Below are positions 25,550-39,293 of a stretch of 124,000 bases of DNA, piece after piece. This DNA is from Wallemia ichthyophaga EXF-994 (taxonomy: Eukaryota > Fungi > Basidiomycota): the NCBI RefSeq assembly GCF_000400465.1, contig NW_008806283.1, forward strand, positions 20,001 through 144,000, given 5' to 3'. The notes beneath the pieces were generated by a model. That model was not told the DNA's origin. It did no database searches and saw only the letters and a list, made by a program, of their open reading frames with translations. The position numbers were made by a program, and so were the translations under genes. The first letter of the stretch is position 1. The number at the start of each line of letters is the position of its first letter.

Positions 25550-27818
25550 ATGCCATTTGGTAAATCAACAAATGAGAATTTTATATATGGAATGTTTAAT
25601 TTCCAAGGGGAAGTTGACGATGAATTGAGTTTTAATTGTGGGGATATTATTTATATTATAGAGACAGACGAGGAATTTAAAGATGGTTGGTGGATTGGTA
25701 AATGCGAAAATGGTAATCAAGGTTTATTTCCTGAATCTTATACTTGTTGGTCTAAACCTATTGCCCCCGGTGTTGCTCCTGTTTCTGCCGTGGCCTCTGC
25801 GGCTTCCGTGACTGCCGTGGCTGATCAGGAACACCCAAAACAACCCCCACAACACACTCCCATCAATTCAACCATGTCTCAAATCGAAGACGCTATAAAC
25901 GACATCTCTACCAACCACCCTGACAATGAAAATCTTCTCGCTCCAATCGTTGAATCTACTAACTCAAACACTTCCTCACAAATCACCCTGGATCACTCTG
26001 ACAACGAAGATGATCCCATTAACGCAAATGCACGCTCCCTATTGGCGAAGAAGAACCTTAACCCTCCCACTTCCCTCCAATTCGGTAGCGATAGTGATGA
26101 AAATTTGACTCCTACTCATTCCCCTATTACTGATAATAATGAGCAATCAACTCCAAATCCTCCTTTTCAACCAGAAAATTCTTTTAACTCTTACAACTCA
26201 AACCAATCTCCTACTCCACCCTCTCCAAACACCGCAGACATCCCCAACTGGTCCCTCGACAACGTCCTTCATTGGGCTAAGCACAAAAATTTCGACGATT
26301 ACATATGTGAAAAACTTCTTCAACACGACATCTCCGGTGATGTTCTCCTCCAATTGGACACTGACTCCCTCAAAGAAATTGACATACTTGCTTTCGGTAA
26401 GCGTGTTAAACTTGCAAATGCTATTAAAGATTTGCGCATTTTAGCCGGTTTGGATCAGGGTGTTGATAACCATAAACGTGGTAGTGAGACATCCAAGTCA
26501 TCTGGTCATAACCAAACACCAATTAGCAACATCAACACCAGCAGCATCAACAACGCCCCATCTGACCCTCCTACTGCTGTCACAACCTCGCTACCCTCCC
26601 CACACTCTCAACCCGGGTTATCTCGCACCGCCTCAGCCACAAATTCCCTCCGAAGAGCTTTTAGTGGTCATAATTACAACTCAACTAACTCGCCCTCCTC
26701 AGCTACCTCACCCACCATCCAATCCCCTCTATCTCCTCGCACTCCCTCCCTCCGCAAACGCACTTCAGACTCCTCCGCCTTTTTCGGCGTCGGCAGTAAA
26801 GGCAACCCACGCAAACCTGCTCCTCGCTACAGTGGTGCCAGTAACGAGACTGAAAAGAGTGACAAGGAGGGTTGGTCAGCTGCCCGACTACTCGGATCAA
26901 AACGTTCATTGCGCAATATTAACGGCGGTGGTCGTCCTAGCACCTCGCCGCAACCGCAGCAATCCCAACCACAATCCTCATTCGCCAACAGAGTGTCTTT
27001 ATCTACTGACAATGCAAACACAAACACAAACACAAACGCAGACACTCGAAGGAGTGTAGTAGACCTCACCCACTTCCAATCTCGGGACGGTACAGCCCTA
27101 CAAAAAATAGGCGGGTGCGACTGCAAAGGGTGGTTAAAAAAGAGGGGGGAGAGGTATGGGTGGAAGATGCGCTACTTTGTTTTGAAAGGCTCGCAACTCT
27201 TCTACCTCAAGAACGAGAACGATACGCAATTGAAGGGCTTCATTCAGTTAAACGGCTTCAAGGTGCTCGCCGACGAATCTAACTCCTCCCGCCACCAATT
27301 CGCTTTCAAAATATCTCACGAACGTGAACGTGACACGCACCATTTTGCAAGTGAGGAGAAAAGCGTGACGAGAGAGTGGATGAATGCGCTCATGAAAGCC
27401 AGTATAGTGAGAGATATAGGAGGTGAGAGATGTGTTATGAGAGGCTTGCTATTTTCGTTACTAACGCCCTACTCCAGCTCCCGTCGTTAGTAGCTGCACT
27501 ATCCCTACTATCCCTCTGGATAAAGCGCAGACTATGTTTCCTCCACCCCGCCCTCCTTCGCCCACTTCTAGAGAGAGAGTGCAGAGAGCGAATGCACGCG
27601 ATAATCCTGACAGCCTCTCGCCGCAAGATGCACAGGTACTTATGGCCGGTGCGTCTGAGGGCGGTACTCAGGGTGGTAGTCACGGCAGTCATACTCGCGC
27701 TGGCGCTACTCACCCCTCTCACTCATCCCCCACTTACGAAAAGAAGCGCACTACCTCTTCTTCCTTTGGTAACCTGTCGAGCAGCTTCGGAAATGAGGAT
27801 CGAGACAAGGATTTTTAG
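25550..27818 (+). CDS. Boi1/Boi2-like SH3-SAM-PH polarity scaffold
   Basis: N-terminal SH3 (DELSFNCGD..GWWIG..GLFP), SAM (WSLDNVLHW..HDISGDVLL), PH (GWLKKRGER..RYFVLK), final exon IPLDKAQTMFPPPRPPSP. Confidence 0.88.
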
Positions 27819-28277
27819 TTTGATTGAGTGAGTGAAAGAGTGCTTGCGATGGTATAATCTTCTGCCGTGTTAGCGCTGTTTCTTTTTCTCACTTGCTATG
27901 CTTCTTGCTTCCTGCTTCTCATCTCCGTGCTTGCTCACTCACTGGCCCGCATAGTGTACTATCTATACCCCCCCCCACATTCTCTATTCATTTCCTAGCC
28001 AGCTCAAGTTCAATATTTATGTTACATACTTTAATTCCATGTCTTACGCCTTATAAGTTATTATTCTCACACATATCACAACTCGCAACTCAAACGTGAA
28101 TGGCGCTCATTCGGAGAGTGGTATGGGGCGTCTCGCATACCTACATAAATACACTCTTTCATTTTCACTTTGAGCTTTATCATTCTGAGCTGTGATATCA
28201 CCAAGTGACTCAACACTCATACTCATCAGTGTCAACTTTTCATAATAGGCGATATTGTACATTACAAACTAACTTTA

Positions 28278-29348
28278 CTATGCGATATGCTGCGATTGAT
28301 TGCTGGGGAGGGAAAGATTGCGATGCGATTGTGATTGTGATTGTGATTGTGATTGTGAATGCGATTGTGAATACGACTGCGACTCAATAAGGCTATAATC
28401 CTTATCACTACTCCCCTTGGCACACATTTCGGGCTTCCTGGGCAAATGCAACTGACTTAATTCTTCAGTCTTGATCTGCGAGATGTGGGGCAGGGAGCTT
28501 CTCCTAAGCCTGAGGCCCATTCCTAGCGCCTCAAGTATATCGGCCTGGATGAAGAAGAGTGCGAAAGCAATGATTCCGATACTGCCAAAGAGCTCTTCAT
28601 TTCTCGCCTCGTTGTGCGTTCCCGGCGCTAAAGTTTTGATGTGAAGCGCAATAGATATAAAAGAGTAGAAAAGAAAGAGCAAGAGACGCGCAGCAAGTTG
28701 AATGTTTACAGTCCAGCTCGTCTGGAGTAGACCGCGCTGAGCAGCGCGCATCCGACACAGCAGAAACGTAAGCCATACCGCTACAACGAGGACGAGAACC
28801 ATGAGAACGAGTGATACGCTTACGGAAGCATAAAGAAGTTTATTCGGCGGTCGTATGCTAGCATACAGTGGTGTGCGTATCAAGATGGATGAATGGGTGA
28901 TTGTCTCTACTAGAAACGCAATCACGAATGGAATGCCAAGTAAGTATGGTATCATTACTAACACCCTCGAATCAGCCCAGTAGAAGTAATGTGATACTCG
29001 CGTAGATAAGGCTATATTTGTTGACACCCAGAATTTCATTACTACCATTAAAGTCGTACTGGCATTCATCACCATTCCTGGTAGTCTTGATACGGCATTT
29101 GTTATTTCTAGTCCTGTCGGCGGATCGGGGTCGTAGATATGCCCCGTCCATAGAAGCACCGCGTCCATCCATAGTGTGACGCAGAAAACAAAGTAGAAAT
29201 TCAGTACGACGGCGTGTTTCTTGACATTGCGGGATGATAGCGTGAAAATGAATAGGAATAGATGTAGTGCACTGCCTGTGACTAGGAGTGAATAGTATGC
29301 CCGCAGTTGCGACTTTGAGGCAAGTGGCGGAATAGAATCTCCGTCCAT
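28278..29348 (-). CDS. Orphan seven-transmembrane (GPCR-like) protein
   Basis: Seven hydrophobic segments by eye followed by a Ser/Gln-rich tail; no family motif recognised. Confidence 0.55.
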   Translation of the reverse strand: MDGDSIPPLASKSQLRAYYSLLVTGSALHLFLFIFTLSSRNVKKHAVVLNFYFVFCVTLWMDAVLLWTGHIYDPDPPTGLEITNAVSRLPGMVMNASTTLMVVMKFWVSTNIALSTRVSHYFYWADSRVLVMIPYLLGIPFVIAFLVETITHSSILIRTPLYASIRPPNKLLYASVSVSLVLMVLVLVVAVWLTFLLCRMRAAQRGLLQTSWTVNIQLAARLLLFLFYSFISIALHIKTLAPGTHNEARNEELFGSIGIIAFALFFIQADILEALGMGLRLRRSSLPHISQIKTEELSQLHLPRKPEMCAKGSSDKDYSLIESQSYSQSHSQSQSQSQSQSHRNLSLPSNQSQHIA

Positions 29349-30048
29349 GTGCTATAGCATGGAGTTTGGTGTTGTGTGTAATGTGTTGATGGGTGTGTAT
29401 CTGTACAAGTTTCTTAATGCGCAATGAATTTATCTAGCGAGTGAAAAATGTATTACACGATATTAATCTCAGACACGATCAGCCCTTGGCGGTGAAGAGA
29501 GCTGCGGATATCTAAGGCTGCAGATAATCTGCACATGAATTTCATCGTGGATGATATCGGATGTATTTATACTTTGTCTTTTGCCCTGTTTGCACTGAGA
29601 CACCTTTACCGGATGCTATGGATGAATGCTTTCAATGCTTTTTAGCGTGGATTTATTTTTAAATATAATAGCTTAAGGTATATTAAATAAGCCTGCTTGA
29701 TTACTTTCCTAAGAAGTACACCAACGCGATCTGGTCAATGCGAATACCGATGCGGATATCAATTAAAATCTCCACTTAGCTTCTCCTTAGAATTTGCAGC
29801 ATCTGCGGCAGCAGCAGCATAATTGATAATCTTCCACTGCCCTTCAGTCCAAAACAGCCCAATACAACCTAATACACCCTTATACTAGTAATAATCAATC
29901 GCTTTATAATTTATTACAACTAATCATCCACACTAAGCACTTCTGCTCCAGTCGGCTCTCTCCGCTCAGCTGCACTGACAAATCGGTCAAGTTCCGTGAT
30001 TGTATATATAAGCGACGACAAACGAAATCGTCTTACAACACCTCCAAT

Positions 30049-31368
30049 ATGACTGATAGACAACTATACAACACTAAGAACCTCCTCGAGCACCCAGAAT
30101 TCAGAATACTCAAAGAAAAGCCTGCCAAAGGCACTGGAAGAAATATAGCGCTCACATATGACGTTGATCATGTTAACAAGTTCGTCGAGAAGCCTCGATT
30201 TGATCCTGCACCAGGCCAAGTAGAAGTTAATGTTCGAGCGACTGGAATATGTGGATCGTGAGTGGTTTTACTGCCAATTTTCCCACCTAACACCAACACG
30301 TCATAAGTGATGTGCACTTTTCGCAGCATGGCCACATCGGCGATATGGTTGTGCGTTGCATTTGTGGTGCGGGACACGAGTCAAGTGGTAAATATATCAT
30401 TACTTTGGCGCGTTTTGGCTTATCGTGCGCACAGGTGAGGTCACCAGAGTCGGGCAAGGTGTTACAGAATGGAAGGCGGGCGATAGAGTAGCAATCGAAG
30501 CGGGCATCCCCTGTGGTAATTGTGAATTCTGTAAAGTAGGTCTCAGTCAGTTGATATCGACGTATCTGACCAACTCAACAGCTTGGAAGATACAACGCGT
30601 GCCAGAACGACATCTTTTTCAGCACACCGCCACACTTCGGTACAATGAGCCGCTATCACTTGCATCCAGCTGCGTGGCTACACAGGCTACCAGACTCGGT
30701 TTCGTTCGAAGAGGGTGCGCTCTGCGAACCGCTAACGGTCGCTATGGCCGGTATCTACCGCAGTGGATTGCGGTTAGGTGATGGCGTAGTCATCTGTGGA
30801 GCTGGACCTATTGGTTGGTCGGATATCTTCAACAGTAGCCAATCTAACAATTTACATAGGTCTGGTTACCCTCTTAGCAGCAAAAGCTGCCGGATCCATT
30901 CCAATAATCACCGATCTATCCCAATCACGTCTCGACTTCGCTAAGAAACTCGTCCCATCCGTCAAGACAGTCCTCATTGAGAGAGGTCAGACACCAAAAG
31001 ACATTGCGCAGAAAATCAAAGAGGAAGCTGGTATGCCTCTCACCCTGGCATTGGAGTGTACGGGTGTTGAGAGCAGCGTTCACGCCGCTATCTTTTCCAT
31101 GACGTTTGGTGGAAAGGTGTTCATCATCGGTGTGGGCAAAGACATACAGTCGATTCCATTCATGCATCTCTCCGCTAATGAAATCGACATCCAATTTCAA
31201 TATCGTTACGCTAATCAATATCCACGTGCTATTCGCTGCGTCGCTGAAGGCATGATCGACCTCAAGCCACTTGTGACGCACAGATTCGACCTCGAGGATG
31301 CCATGGATGCCTTCGATACCGCCGCTGATCCTAAAAGTGGCGCTATCAAGGTTCAGGTCCTGGACTAA
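30049..31368 (+). CDS. L-arabinitol 4-dehydrogenase / sorbitol dehydrogenase-like zinc MDR (multi-exon)
   Basis: ATGICGSDVHF, GHESSG, CGNCEFC, GALCEPLTVA, GAGPIGL, QYRYANQYP motifs. Confidence 0.88.
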
Positions 31369-31604
31369 ACGGAGGATTTCTTGTATGATTTAGAATTCAT
31401 GATTAAATTTTTTAAAATTGGAGTGATCAGTGTGTTGATAGAACACGTTTGCTTGCAAGCAACAATTATGTCATGTATTAAGGTATAGGTAAGTAGTGCG
31501 AATATAATTAGCTAGTATTCCGTGTTTGTTGTATATGAATTGTTTTAAGAATTATCATGTGTTTGATGAAAATTTTTTTCCATGTCCAATCGAATAGGTT
31601 TCAC

Positions 31605-33759
31605 CTAATAAACCCATCGTGCCTCCGATGAATCTTGCATACGCGCTCTGATCTGATATCCGAGCAACTCCTGGCGGATGTTCACTGTCCTGTGAAACTT
31701 GATGTTGTTGCCTCTGATGGCTCTAAAGTTACCCTTGTTCATAGCGTAGCGCTTCTTTGGTACGCCTGATTGTTGGTCTTGATAAAATTCCTTCTGAGGC
31801 ATGGCTTCTAATAACCACCAGCTCTTAGCTATAGCTAGTTGATCGTTGATAGATGTCAAAGCTGAGATAGCAGAGATTAGTGGGCTGTATGGATGTAATG
31901 AAAAAGAGAGCTGTGTTTATAGTTCATCTCTCCTTCTTCTTTTCTACTCACAATCATAAACATCCTCGTGCTCCTCTGAAAGTTTAGAGCGGTCGTAGCG
32001 CTCGACGGGCACGTTCTCCATGTTTGGTTCCGGGGGGAAACCTTCTGGGACATTATATGCCGCCTCTTTTCGAGGCTTGACGATCGGATAAAGAGTGGAA
32101 AGGTCTAATCCGTAGTAATCGAGCAAGTGCGTATGAAACAGAATCCCACTACCTGATTTGAAAGATTGCCTGTACATCCAGCGCAGTGAGATTCTGTGCA
32201 ATGCATTTCTGGTCTCGTTCGAGACCGCTCCACCTGCTCACCGTTAGTTCTCCATTTTTCTCTGTCTTTCAAGTAATCCAAAACCTACCACCGACATCCG
32301 CGTGAGCGCCAAGGAAGTAAACTTCTTTGACCTTCGTATTGTCACGTATTTCGTCGTCTTTATCACTGGCGTAGGAATCGTGTTGCACAGGCAACTTGTA
32401 TAATTGCTGCAACAAATTCTGGATTTGAGGGTTGGTTCTGTCAATGCTGTCCAGGTCTACACGCTTAGTGCTGAAACGCGATTTGGCAGTTTGCTGACGC
32501 AGCTCGTCTATTCTGGAAAACAGCGCCTGTCTCATGTTCTCAATCTTTTCCCATGGATCAACCTCCTCCTCATGTTGACTATCTTTGTCGTCATCTTCGA
32601 GCTCGTTCACACTATGGTCGAATTTGATGTCGTGCTTTTTCTCTCGGTGATGAAACCACGAATCCTTGTTTGAGCGTTTCTCTTGCTCTTGTTCCTGAGT
32701 CCAATGACCTGCACGGAACTTGACGCGGTGCTTTTGCAAGTTTAGTAAGTAAGCAAATTAAACAAAATCAAACACACCTCATCTAACGCGACAGCGTGAG
32801 TAAAGTTTTTCACAATGTGATTGGAGTTTGTAAATGGCAGCTCTCTTGGGTAGAATCCAACGGAAGATACAGAATCCCATACTCCGATCCACTGTATATC
32901 CACATTTATCCCAAAGGTGGATTTGAAGAGCTTAGATTGATCGAAACCACGTTTGCTGTTGTCTTTGTACATGTCGTATGCGAACTGTACCTGTTGTAAA
33001 TTTCCTTTTGGAAGCAATCCCACTTTCAGCAGCATACCAGCCAAGCAACGGCAAGTATATGCACCTCTCGAGAAACCAATCATGCAAATTTTGTCACCAA
33101 TTCTGCCACTGTGTGAGATGACATCGTTTGTGCCGACAAAGAGCTTACCTATAATTCTCCATCAGGTACGTATATGCCTGCCTGACATGATGCCCCAGAC
33201 CGCTACCCACAGCCATGTCGCTGATATCACTAAGCTTGTTGGCCACAAAATTGGCGCGCTTGGTAGTTGAGTACGTTCCTAACCCACTTTGATAGTACAC
33301 GACCTGCTTCTCGGGCTCATCTTTCACCATACTCCTAAAGAAGCGTATGACGTTGGAGTTGTCATCGTCAAATTGATCGCCAGTGCCATCCAAACACAAA
33401 ACAATTGTACGGCCCTTATCGTCTTTGTTTTGATCGCGTATCGCCTTGAGGCGTTTGGGAACAACGTTGTCACCTCTAAAAAGGGCCTGTGGTTCATTTC
33501 TCGTCTTGGGAGGATTGATGATGAGCTGCTTGTCATTTTGGTAGTCCGAAGTGTCATTCGCTTCCAGATTAAGTGCCACATCGTAGCTGCGACCTTGAAA
33601 GTCTTTAACGTGTACAGTTTCAGTATTTGTCTCAAGAGACTTCTGAGTCGATTTGACCCGCTCTTTGAGTGATGGTTTATTAGATGGCTCATCGTTCCCC
33701 ACTTGCTGAGTTAAGTGAGAAATACTCTCAAGCTGTGTTGGTGAATCACCGCCGCTCAT
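31605..33759 (-). CDS. DUF2235 (Tle1-like alpha/beta hydrolase) protein, multi-exon
   Basis: [59 protein letters not shown] motifs. Confidence 0.9.
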
Positions 33760-35086
33760 TGTCGATTAATAAGACAGACAACGTCAAAGCAAGACTTATT
33801 GACACTGGAGCGAGAGCAGTCCCTGAGTAAGATTTTTAAATCTCCGCGGCTGTCCAAAGCGTTCCGCGGTTAAGGGAAGTAAATCTAATTAGAAAGACGT
33901 GGATTGAATTGACTAGGATTTGTCTAATTGGATTGCGCATTTTGACTCGCAAGTAGCTTCATCATAGTGTATATGTGGAGTAGGTAGCAGTCAGTAAAAC
34001 TCCAGCTCAAGCACAAGAATACGCCACCTTTCTCAATGGGGTATCATTTCATTGCAACTATACAAGTCTGCAGCGTTTTTGTTCTACGCACGGACATGTC
34101 CGCAACTCTCCTGCATAAGTCCTCATCCTTTGCATCTCCCACTTACTCCATGACCACCATCATTTAAACATAAAGTCGTTATAAGTTTTAATCCGCAGTA
34201 TATTTGACACACGTAAATCTCCACTTTGACCTCTGAGGACCCTGAGGATGAGATTGTTGGGAGCATCGCATAGTAGCAGACACGAGCATCCGGGACTTCT
34301 CAGAGGTTTCCTAAGCTTTTGCAAACACATAGCTGGGCACACTTGACTCACGTTGAGGTTTATCGAATCTATATTTATCGTAATTGGGAGAGCATATTAG
34401 GATATCTGTGTCTTCTAAGCAATCTCTTTACTTCCCTCCCTCACCTTAGGTTCTAGAGATTTAATCTGTTTTACATCATTCGGAGACCCTGCTTATGTCA
34501 TATGGCTATTTATACGCGATTCACGCCGCAATTTCAACCTACGCGAACCAAAATCTGCGATGTCGGAATGAGTATAAGTATGTATTCTCTTTTTCTGCGA
34601 AAACCCAGCACCAGAATTCGATAATTAAAGAAGCTGTGATCATTATGTCATTTCGGATGTTGTTGTAGTGGAGCAATATTCCTTTAACTTGAGCATTTCA
34701 CCGGGACAGACTCTTTAATATATTCACACTCATGCTGGATGCCAGAGTTGGTCTAATATAACTGAATTTAAGATACACCGAAAATTTGCTGGTGGTCCGT
34801 GCGCTCGTGAAAATTAAGAATACTTTCGAGAAACCTGCATCAAAAGTCCCTTTCAAAGATGATCTTTGGTCCATACCGAATTAGGAGACGTAAGTGAAAT
34901 TTCAAGACTAATTTGTCTTATTTGTTTGACATTTATACAGTGAAACATTGTGAGACTTATCCGGTAACTTAATTTACCGCGTATTATCACGCAATATGAT
35001 CGAAAAGGTTTCAGTCGCAGTCTTCCAGGTATAAAATCAGCTCCACTTACTCTTCTTCCAATCAGAACCATCACACTCTTTTGAAA

Positions 35087-35360
35087 ATGAAACTTTCTAT
35101 CTTTGTCGCCTCAGCCGCCATCGCCTCTGCAGCAGCAGTTCCAGTTGCTGTGCGTTGTTAACTTTTTATCTCGTAATATCAAGCTGAATTAACGACAGCG
35201 TGAAACCCAAGCTGTTCCAGACTTGCTCCAGAACCTTGGCTTGACTCAAGACCAACAATCAGTCCTCGGAAATTTGCTCAAGGATCTCGGTCTCGTACCA
35301 CAAGATTTATCTTCAAGCAAGCGTGAGGCTGCCATCTCAGAGATTCAAGCCGGCCTCTGA
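35087..35360 (+). CDS. Small secreted Kex2-type peptide precursor (member A, 74 aa)
   Basis: Exon1 35087-35149 MKLSIFVASAAIASAAAVPVA, intron GTGCGT..CAG, exon2 35199-35360 RETQAVPDLLQNLGLTQDQQSVLGNLLKDLGLVPQDLSSSKREAAISEIQAGL*; TATA-like TATAAAA about 60 nt upstream. Confidence 0.75.
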
Positions 35361-35849
35361 ATTGATGTTGACTCATGATTCCCTTTTTATAAAATTCTCA
35401 CATGGCTATAGGATTTAGCTATGATTTACTTTATATCATTGTAATGATTTTTCTACCATGACTTTACCAAATTAATTCAGTGTCTTTGATATTAGTTCTT
35501 ATAACGATAGCGTGTCGCCATCTGCTTGCAACAGAATAATTGCAAGTCATGCTGGTAGAGCGCTGCCATTCTATGTCTTTCCGCTCAATTGAAGCCATTT
35601 GCGGATAAACGACAAGCAACGTTCGACCAACGAAAATCAAGACTGCTCAAAACAGCCATGGAAAATCGATGAGAGCTCTGTCATTTCTGAGCAAGCTAAA
35701 TTTGTTTTATGCATAAGCTGGAGATTGCTAGCTCCGGGAAATACCTTGTCGCGTGTTCAGGGACACGCTTAGAAGGACCTTTTTATCTTTCTTTGCGGAA
35801 TTTGCGCAAAATCTCTTCAAGACGACATATAAGCTCTTCACTCGTTTGC

Positions 35850-36060
35850 AACACTCAATGCAGTGATATTCATCATTTATGGCTCAACCATCGCTACACC
35901 AGAGTTACAGTAAGTGTCTGGCATTTTCAAAGCATGTGACTAACGCAAAGCTATAGCGCGATGGGCAAGCTGTCCCAGACCTTCTCGCTGCACTCGGGCT
36001 CACTCAAGATTATAAGGCTTCTTTACCAAGGTCGATGATTTTGTACCTAAAGACTCAACA
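35850..36060 (+). pseudogene. Degenerate copy of the secreted peptide gene at 43525 (member A')
   Basis: About 128 nt identical to 43563-43690 except an AG insertion; start codon and signal peptide lost. Confidence 0.75.
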
Positions 36061-36849
36061 GCTGAACTTAGACACCCACTACACCACAACTCTAAAAAAA
36101 GATTGAAGTTTAGTAGGAATTTTAGTGCTGAAATTTGTATCCCTATTGCCAAAAGCAGCCAAAACACGTTCTCTGAAAGCCACTTAGCAGGCAATCTCAA
36201 ATTTGTGGGGAATTGAGCAGATGAAACAGGCGGTAATTTTCATTGATTAGTACAACCATACATTTTTATGGCGAAACGTGTGTTTTTGATGTGTAGTAAC
36301 GAAGCAAAGATAACGATTGATAGACTTTCAATAACAATATAGTGTTTAGAGTGCATTATGCATGAGTTTATCTCAAACTATCATCTTTAGTGGCAATGGT
36401 GTTGAGTGTAGTCTTGTTGCAGGTTTGCGGATTGCTTGGATATACATATGTAAGCAAAGCTCGCTATCGATAGCTAAATGTAATCGCACGTGGTGGAGTG
36501 ATACTCGATAACATCCACGTCCTAACACGCCTCAACGATTGCCACAAGGGAGACTCATGATCGCGTATGCTTACACAATCGCGAATGATTAATTATCATG
36601 CGATCGAAAGCATTGGGTTCAGAAAATTTTAGACGCAGCGATCAAATGACGGAAAATATTAGCTAAATTGTTTCACATCAGCCGCGCACATCAGCCGTCT
36701 TCAATGTATGCAGCTAACCTGAAGACCGACTGTCACAAAAAATTCCTGTTACAAATTAAGGCACAGCAGACTAGAAAATCACCGCTGAAAAATATCCGTA
36801 ATGTTAGAACCTTTCAAGACAACCCTCATGTTCCTTAAAATTTCTGGAA

Positions 36850-37073
36850 ATGAAACTCGGAATCCTCGCCGTTGTAGCCGCCATCTTAGTCTTGACCATT
36901 GCTGTACCAGCAGCCATGAGTGTGCAGATTTTCCTCTAGCTCAGTTGACCATGCCTTTGGAACGATGAAGATCTTATTGAAGAACTTGTCGATGTCGATG
37001 GAGTAGCCGAAGATTTCGGAGCAATATTGTCCCAGACCGCTAACACAAACAACTTGATTGCTGACAGACATTA
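36850..37073 (+). pseudogene. Small secreted acidic peptide gene, splice sites apparently decayed (member E)
   Basis: MKLGILAVVAAILVLTIAVPAA then ATGAGT where GTGAGT donor is expected; downstream frame NDEDLIEELVDVDGVAEDFGAILSQTANTNNLIADRH*; paralog of 44572. Confidence 0.5.
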
Positions 37074-37264
37074 ATGACTAGAATGTCAATGTGGATCTAA
37101 TCAACGCTTAGTGTTTTTAAATATATTTCGGATCTTTGGATTATCAGTCAATTTCTATACGTACGTCTCAAATTCGGGATGATCAATTCTATATTAGTGA
37201 AATGACGAATTGTTACAGGTCAATGAAGTATGTTATGTGCAAATTTTCAATGCGAGCCTCTCAC

Positions 37265-39293
37265 TTACGCCTTCAAGTTAAACCCAGCGAATAAATCCGA
37301 CAACTCATCTTCATCAGCTTGTGGCAGAGGAATATCTTTAGCTTTCTCGGCTACATCGGTCGGTGGTTTGGGTTGTGCTAGTTGTGATGATGGTGCTGCC
37401 TTTCGTCTCGCTGGGACAACTTTCGGCACTGGAGGTTTAGTGATGCGGGATGGTTTTGCAGCTTTTGTCTCGCCCGCTGGTGGGGGCTTGTTTGGCGGTG
37501 CATTCGGCCGCGACGAGACCACCTTCCTCTTTTGTAAAACCTTCGTAGGCGCACCTTTTTCATTCTTCTTCTCCTTTAGTGCGCCCACCGTTCCTTTGTC
37601 CTTCTTCGTGTCAGTTGACTTTGTGGGCGCTCTCCTTGCTTTCTGGCCCTTGTCCTCGACTTCCTCTTGAACCTTGTCCTTCTCTGTATCCTTCTCCTCG
37701 TCTTTACCACTACTGCCAATGTCCTTGCTTTTATTGTTCTTGCCTCCGTTGCTGTCATAATCCTCATCTTTATTAGCGCTGCTCTCACTCTGCTGTTTCT
37801 TGAGCGAGTTCCTCTCCTGGATATTGAGGATCTTGGCACGTACACCTGCGGCCATAGTTCTTCCAGTAGGCTTTTCCTGAGTCTCTTTACCATTAGACTG
37901 GAGTGGTTTCACCGCGAAGCGTGTATATCCAGCTGTTGAGGAGGTAGGTTGATCTGAAGCCTTCTGCTCCGTCTTCCTCAGTCCGATACCGGCAGCTGGG
38001 CGTCTAGGACCACTTGTGCTCGAGCCGACTGTGCTGCTACTACCACTACCACCGCCACCTGCACCACTGCTACTACCACTAAGCTTGGATATCGGCCTAC
38101 GTGCACCTGTGGTAGCTGTAGGAGTAGTGCTTCGCGGCCTCTCTGATGATTTTGACGACGAAGATGCAGGTTTGGTGGGCTGAGATACCACCCTGGATGG
38201 ACCACTGGTTGCAGTGGTCGGATGTCGCTGCTCTTGGGTGGATGAAGACAGCGACCGGGATGGTAGTGGAGGTACTTGGGGTGCAGGCTGCGAAGATTGG
38301 GCAGATTGTGCTGCTGATGTAGATTTTGAGAAGCGGACTGCACCAGTGTCACTGTTGGTATTGCTTGTACTTGCACTAGACTGCGTCGGTCGCAACGGGC
38401 CACCTGTACTGCTTGAAAGAGGCTCATTCTCATCATTGTCGGTGTCCAGGTGTTCTATTCTTTCGCGCTGTGGGCGTTGTGCTGGTGCAGGTGGCAAGGA
38501 AGGTTTTTTAGATTGATTAGCATTTCTTGGTGCGATCTGCAAGTATTTTCGTATAGTTGGAGTGAGTGGGTCAGTGAATTGATCCACTCTGTCAACGAAT
38601 TTGAGAGTGTACAGACCGTAAATACGCTTCGAAATAGCGCGTACATCGGCATTTGAGTCGGTGGCGCAAGCGCGCATAATAGTTTCGATATCAGTGATAC
38701 GAGATTTGAGAGATTGAGTGTCATAGCTCTCGATTGCAGTCAAGAGACCTTCAACTACAGCCAAACGCAAAGACTGAGCTTTGTCAGAGTAAGCATTTCT
38801 AAGGTGAGGGATGATTGAGGGTAGCCTAGTAGATGAAATGATAGTAATCAAGCATTTCTTAGCGCGTACTACGTATATCTTAGTACTCTTTGAAGTGAGT
38901 TTAAGTAGAGTTGGAATGAAAGTGGCACAGAAGGAATCAAAGAGTGAACCAAGCCGTGGTGCTATTATCGATAAGCAATCAACAGCCGCTGACATCACTC
39001 TTGATCTCTCACTGTTCAAAGCCCTAAGGAATCCCTCAGAGTGATTGCGTAGGATCTCCAAATAGATTGAATGCTTGTACCCGCCGCCGTTGGTAACAGC
39101 TGCTAACACTTTTAAAGAGTTCTCAATTTTATCCCAATTCTCCTCATTCTCGTGTAAGTTTAAGCTGGAAATTGCTGTAATCTTAGTTTCTAGTGCGGCT
39201 TCCGAATTCGTCTGCGAAAAAGAAATTAACAGATTTGAAGTAAGTGAAGAAAACACAAACCTCTATCACATCAGGCACCTGCTTCATTCCCAT
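37265..39293 (-). CDS. CLASP_N/Stu1-like HEAT-repeat microtubule-associated protein
   Basis: ENEENWDKIE..LNSERSRVMSAAVDCL..KIYVVRAKKCL CLASP N-terminal domain plus long Ser/Lys-rich disordered tail; short first exon from 39293. Confidence 0.8.
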
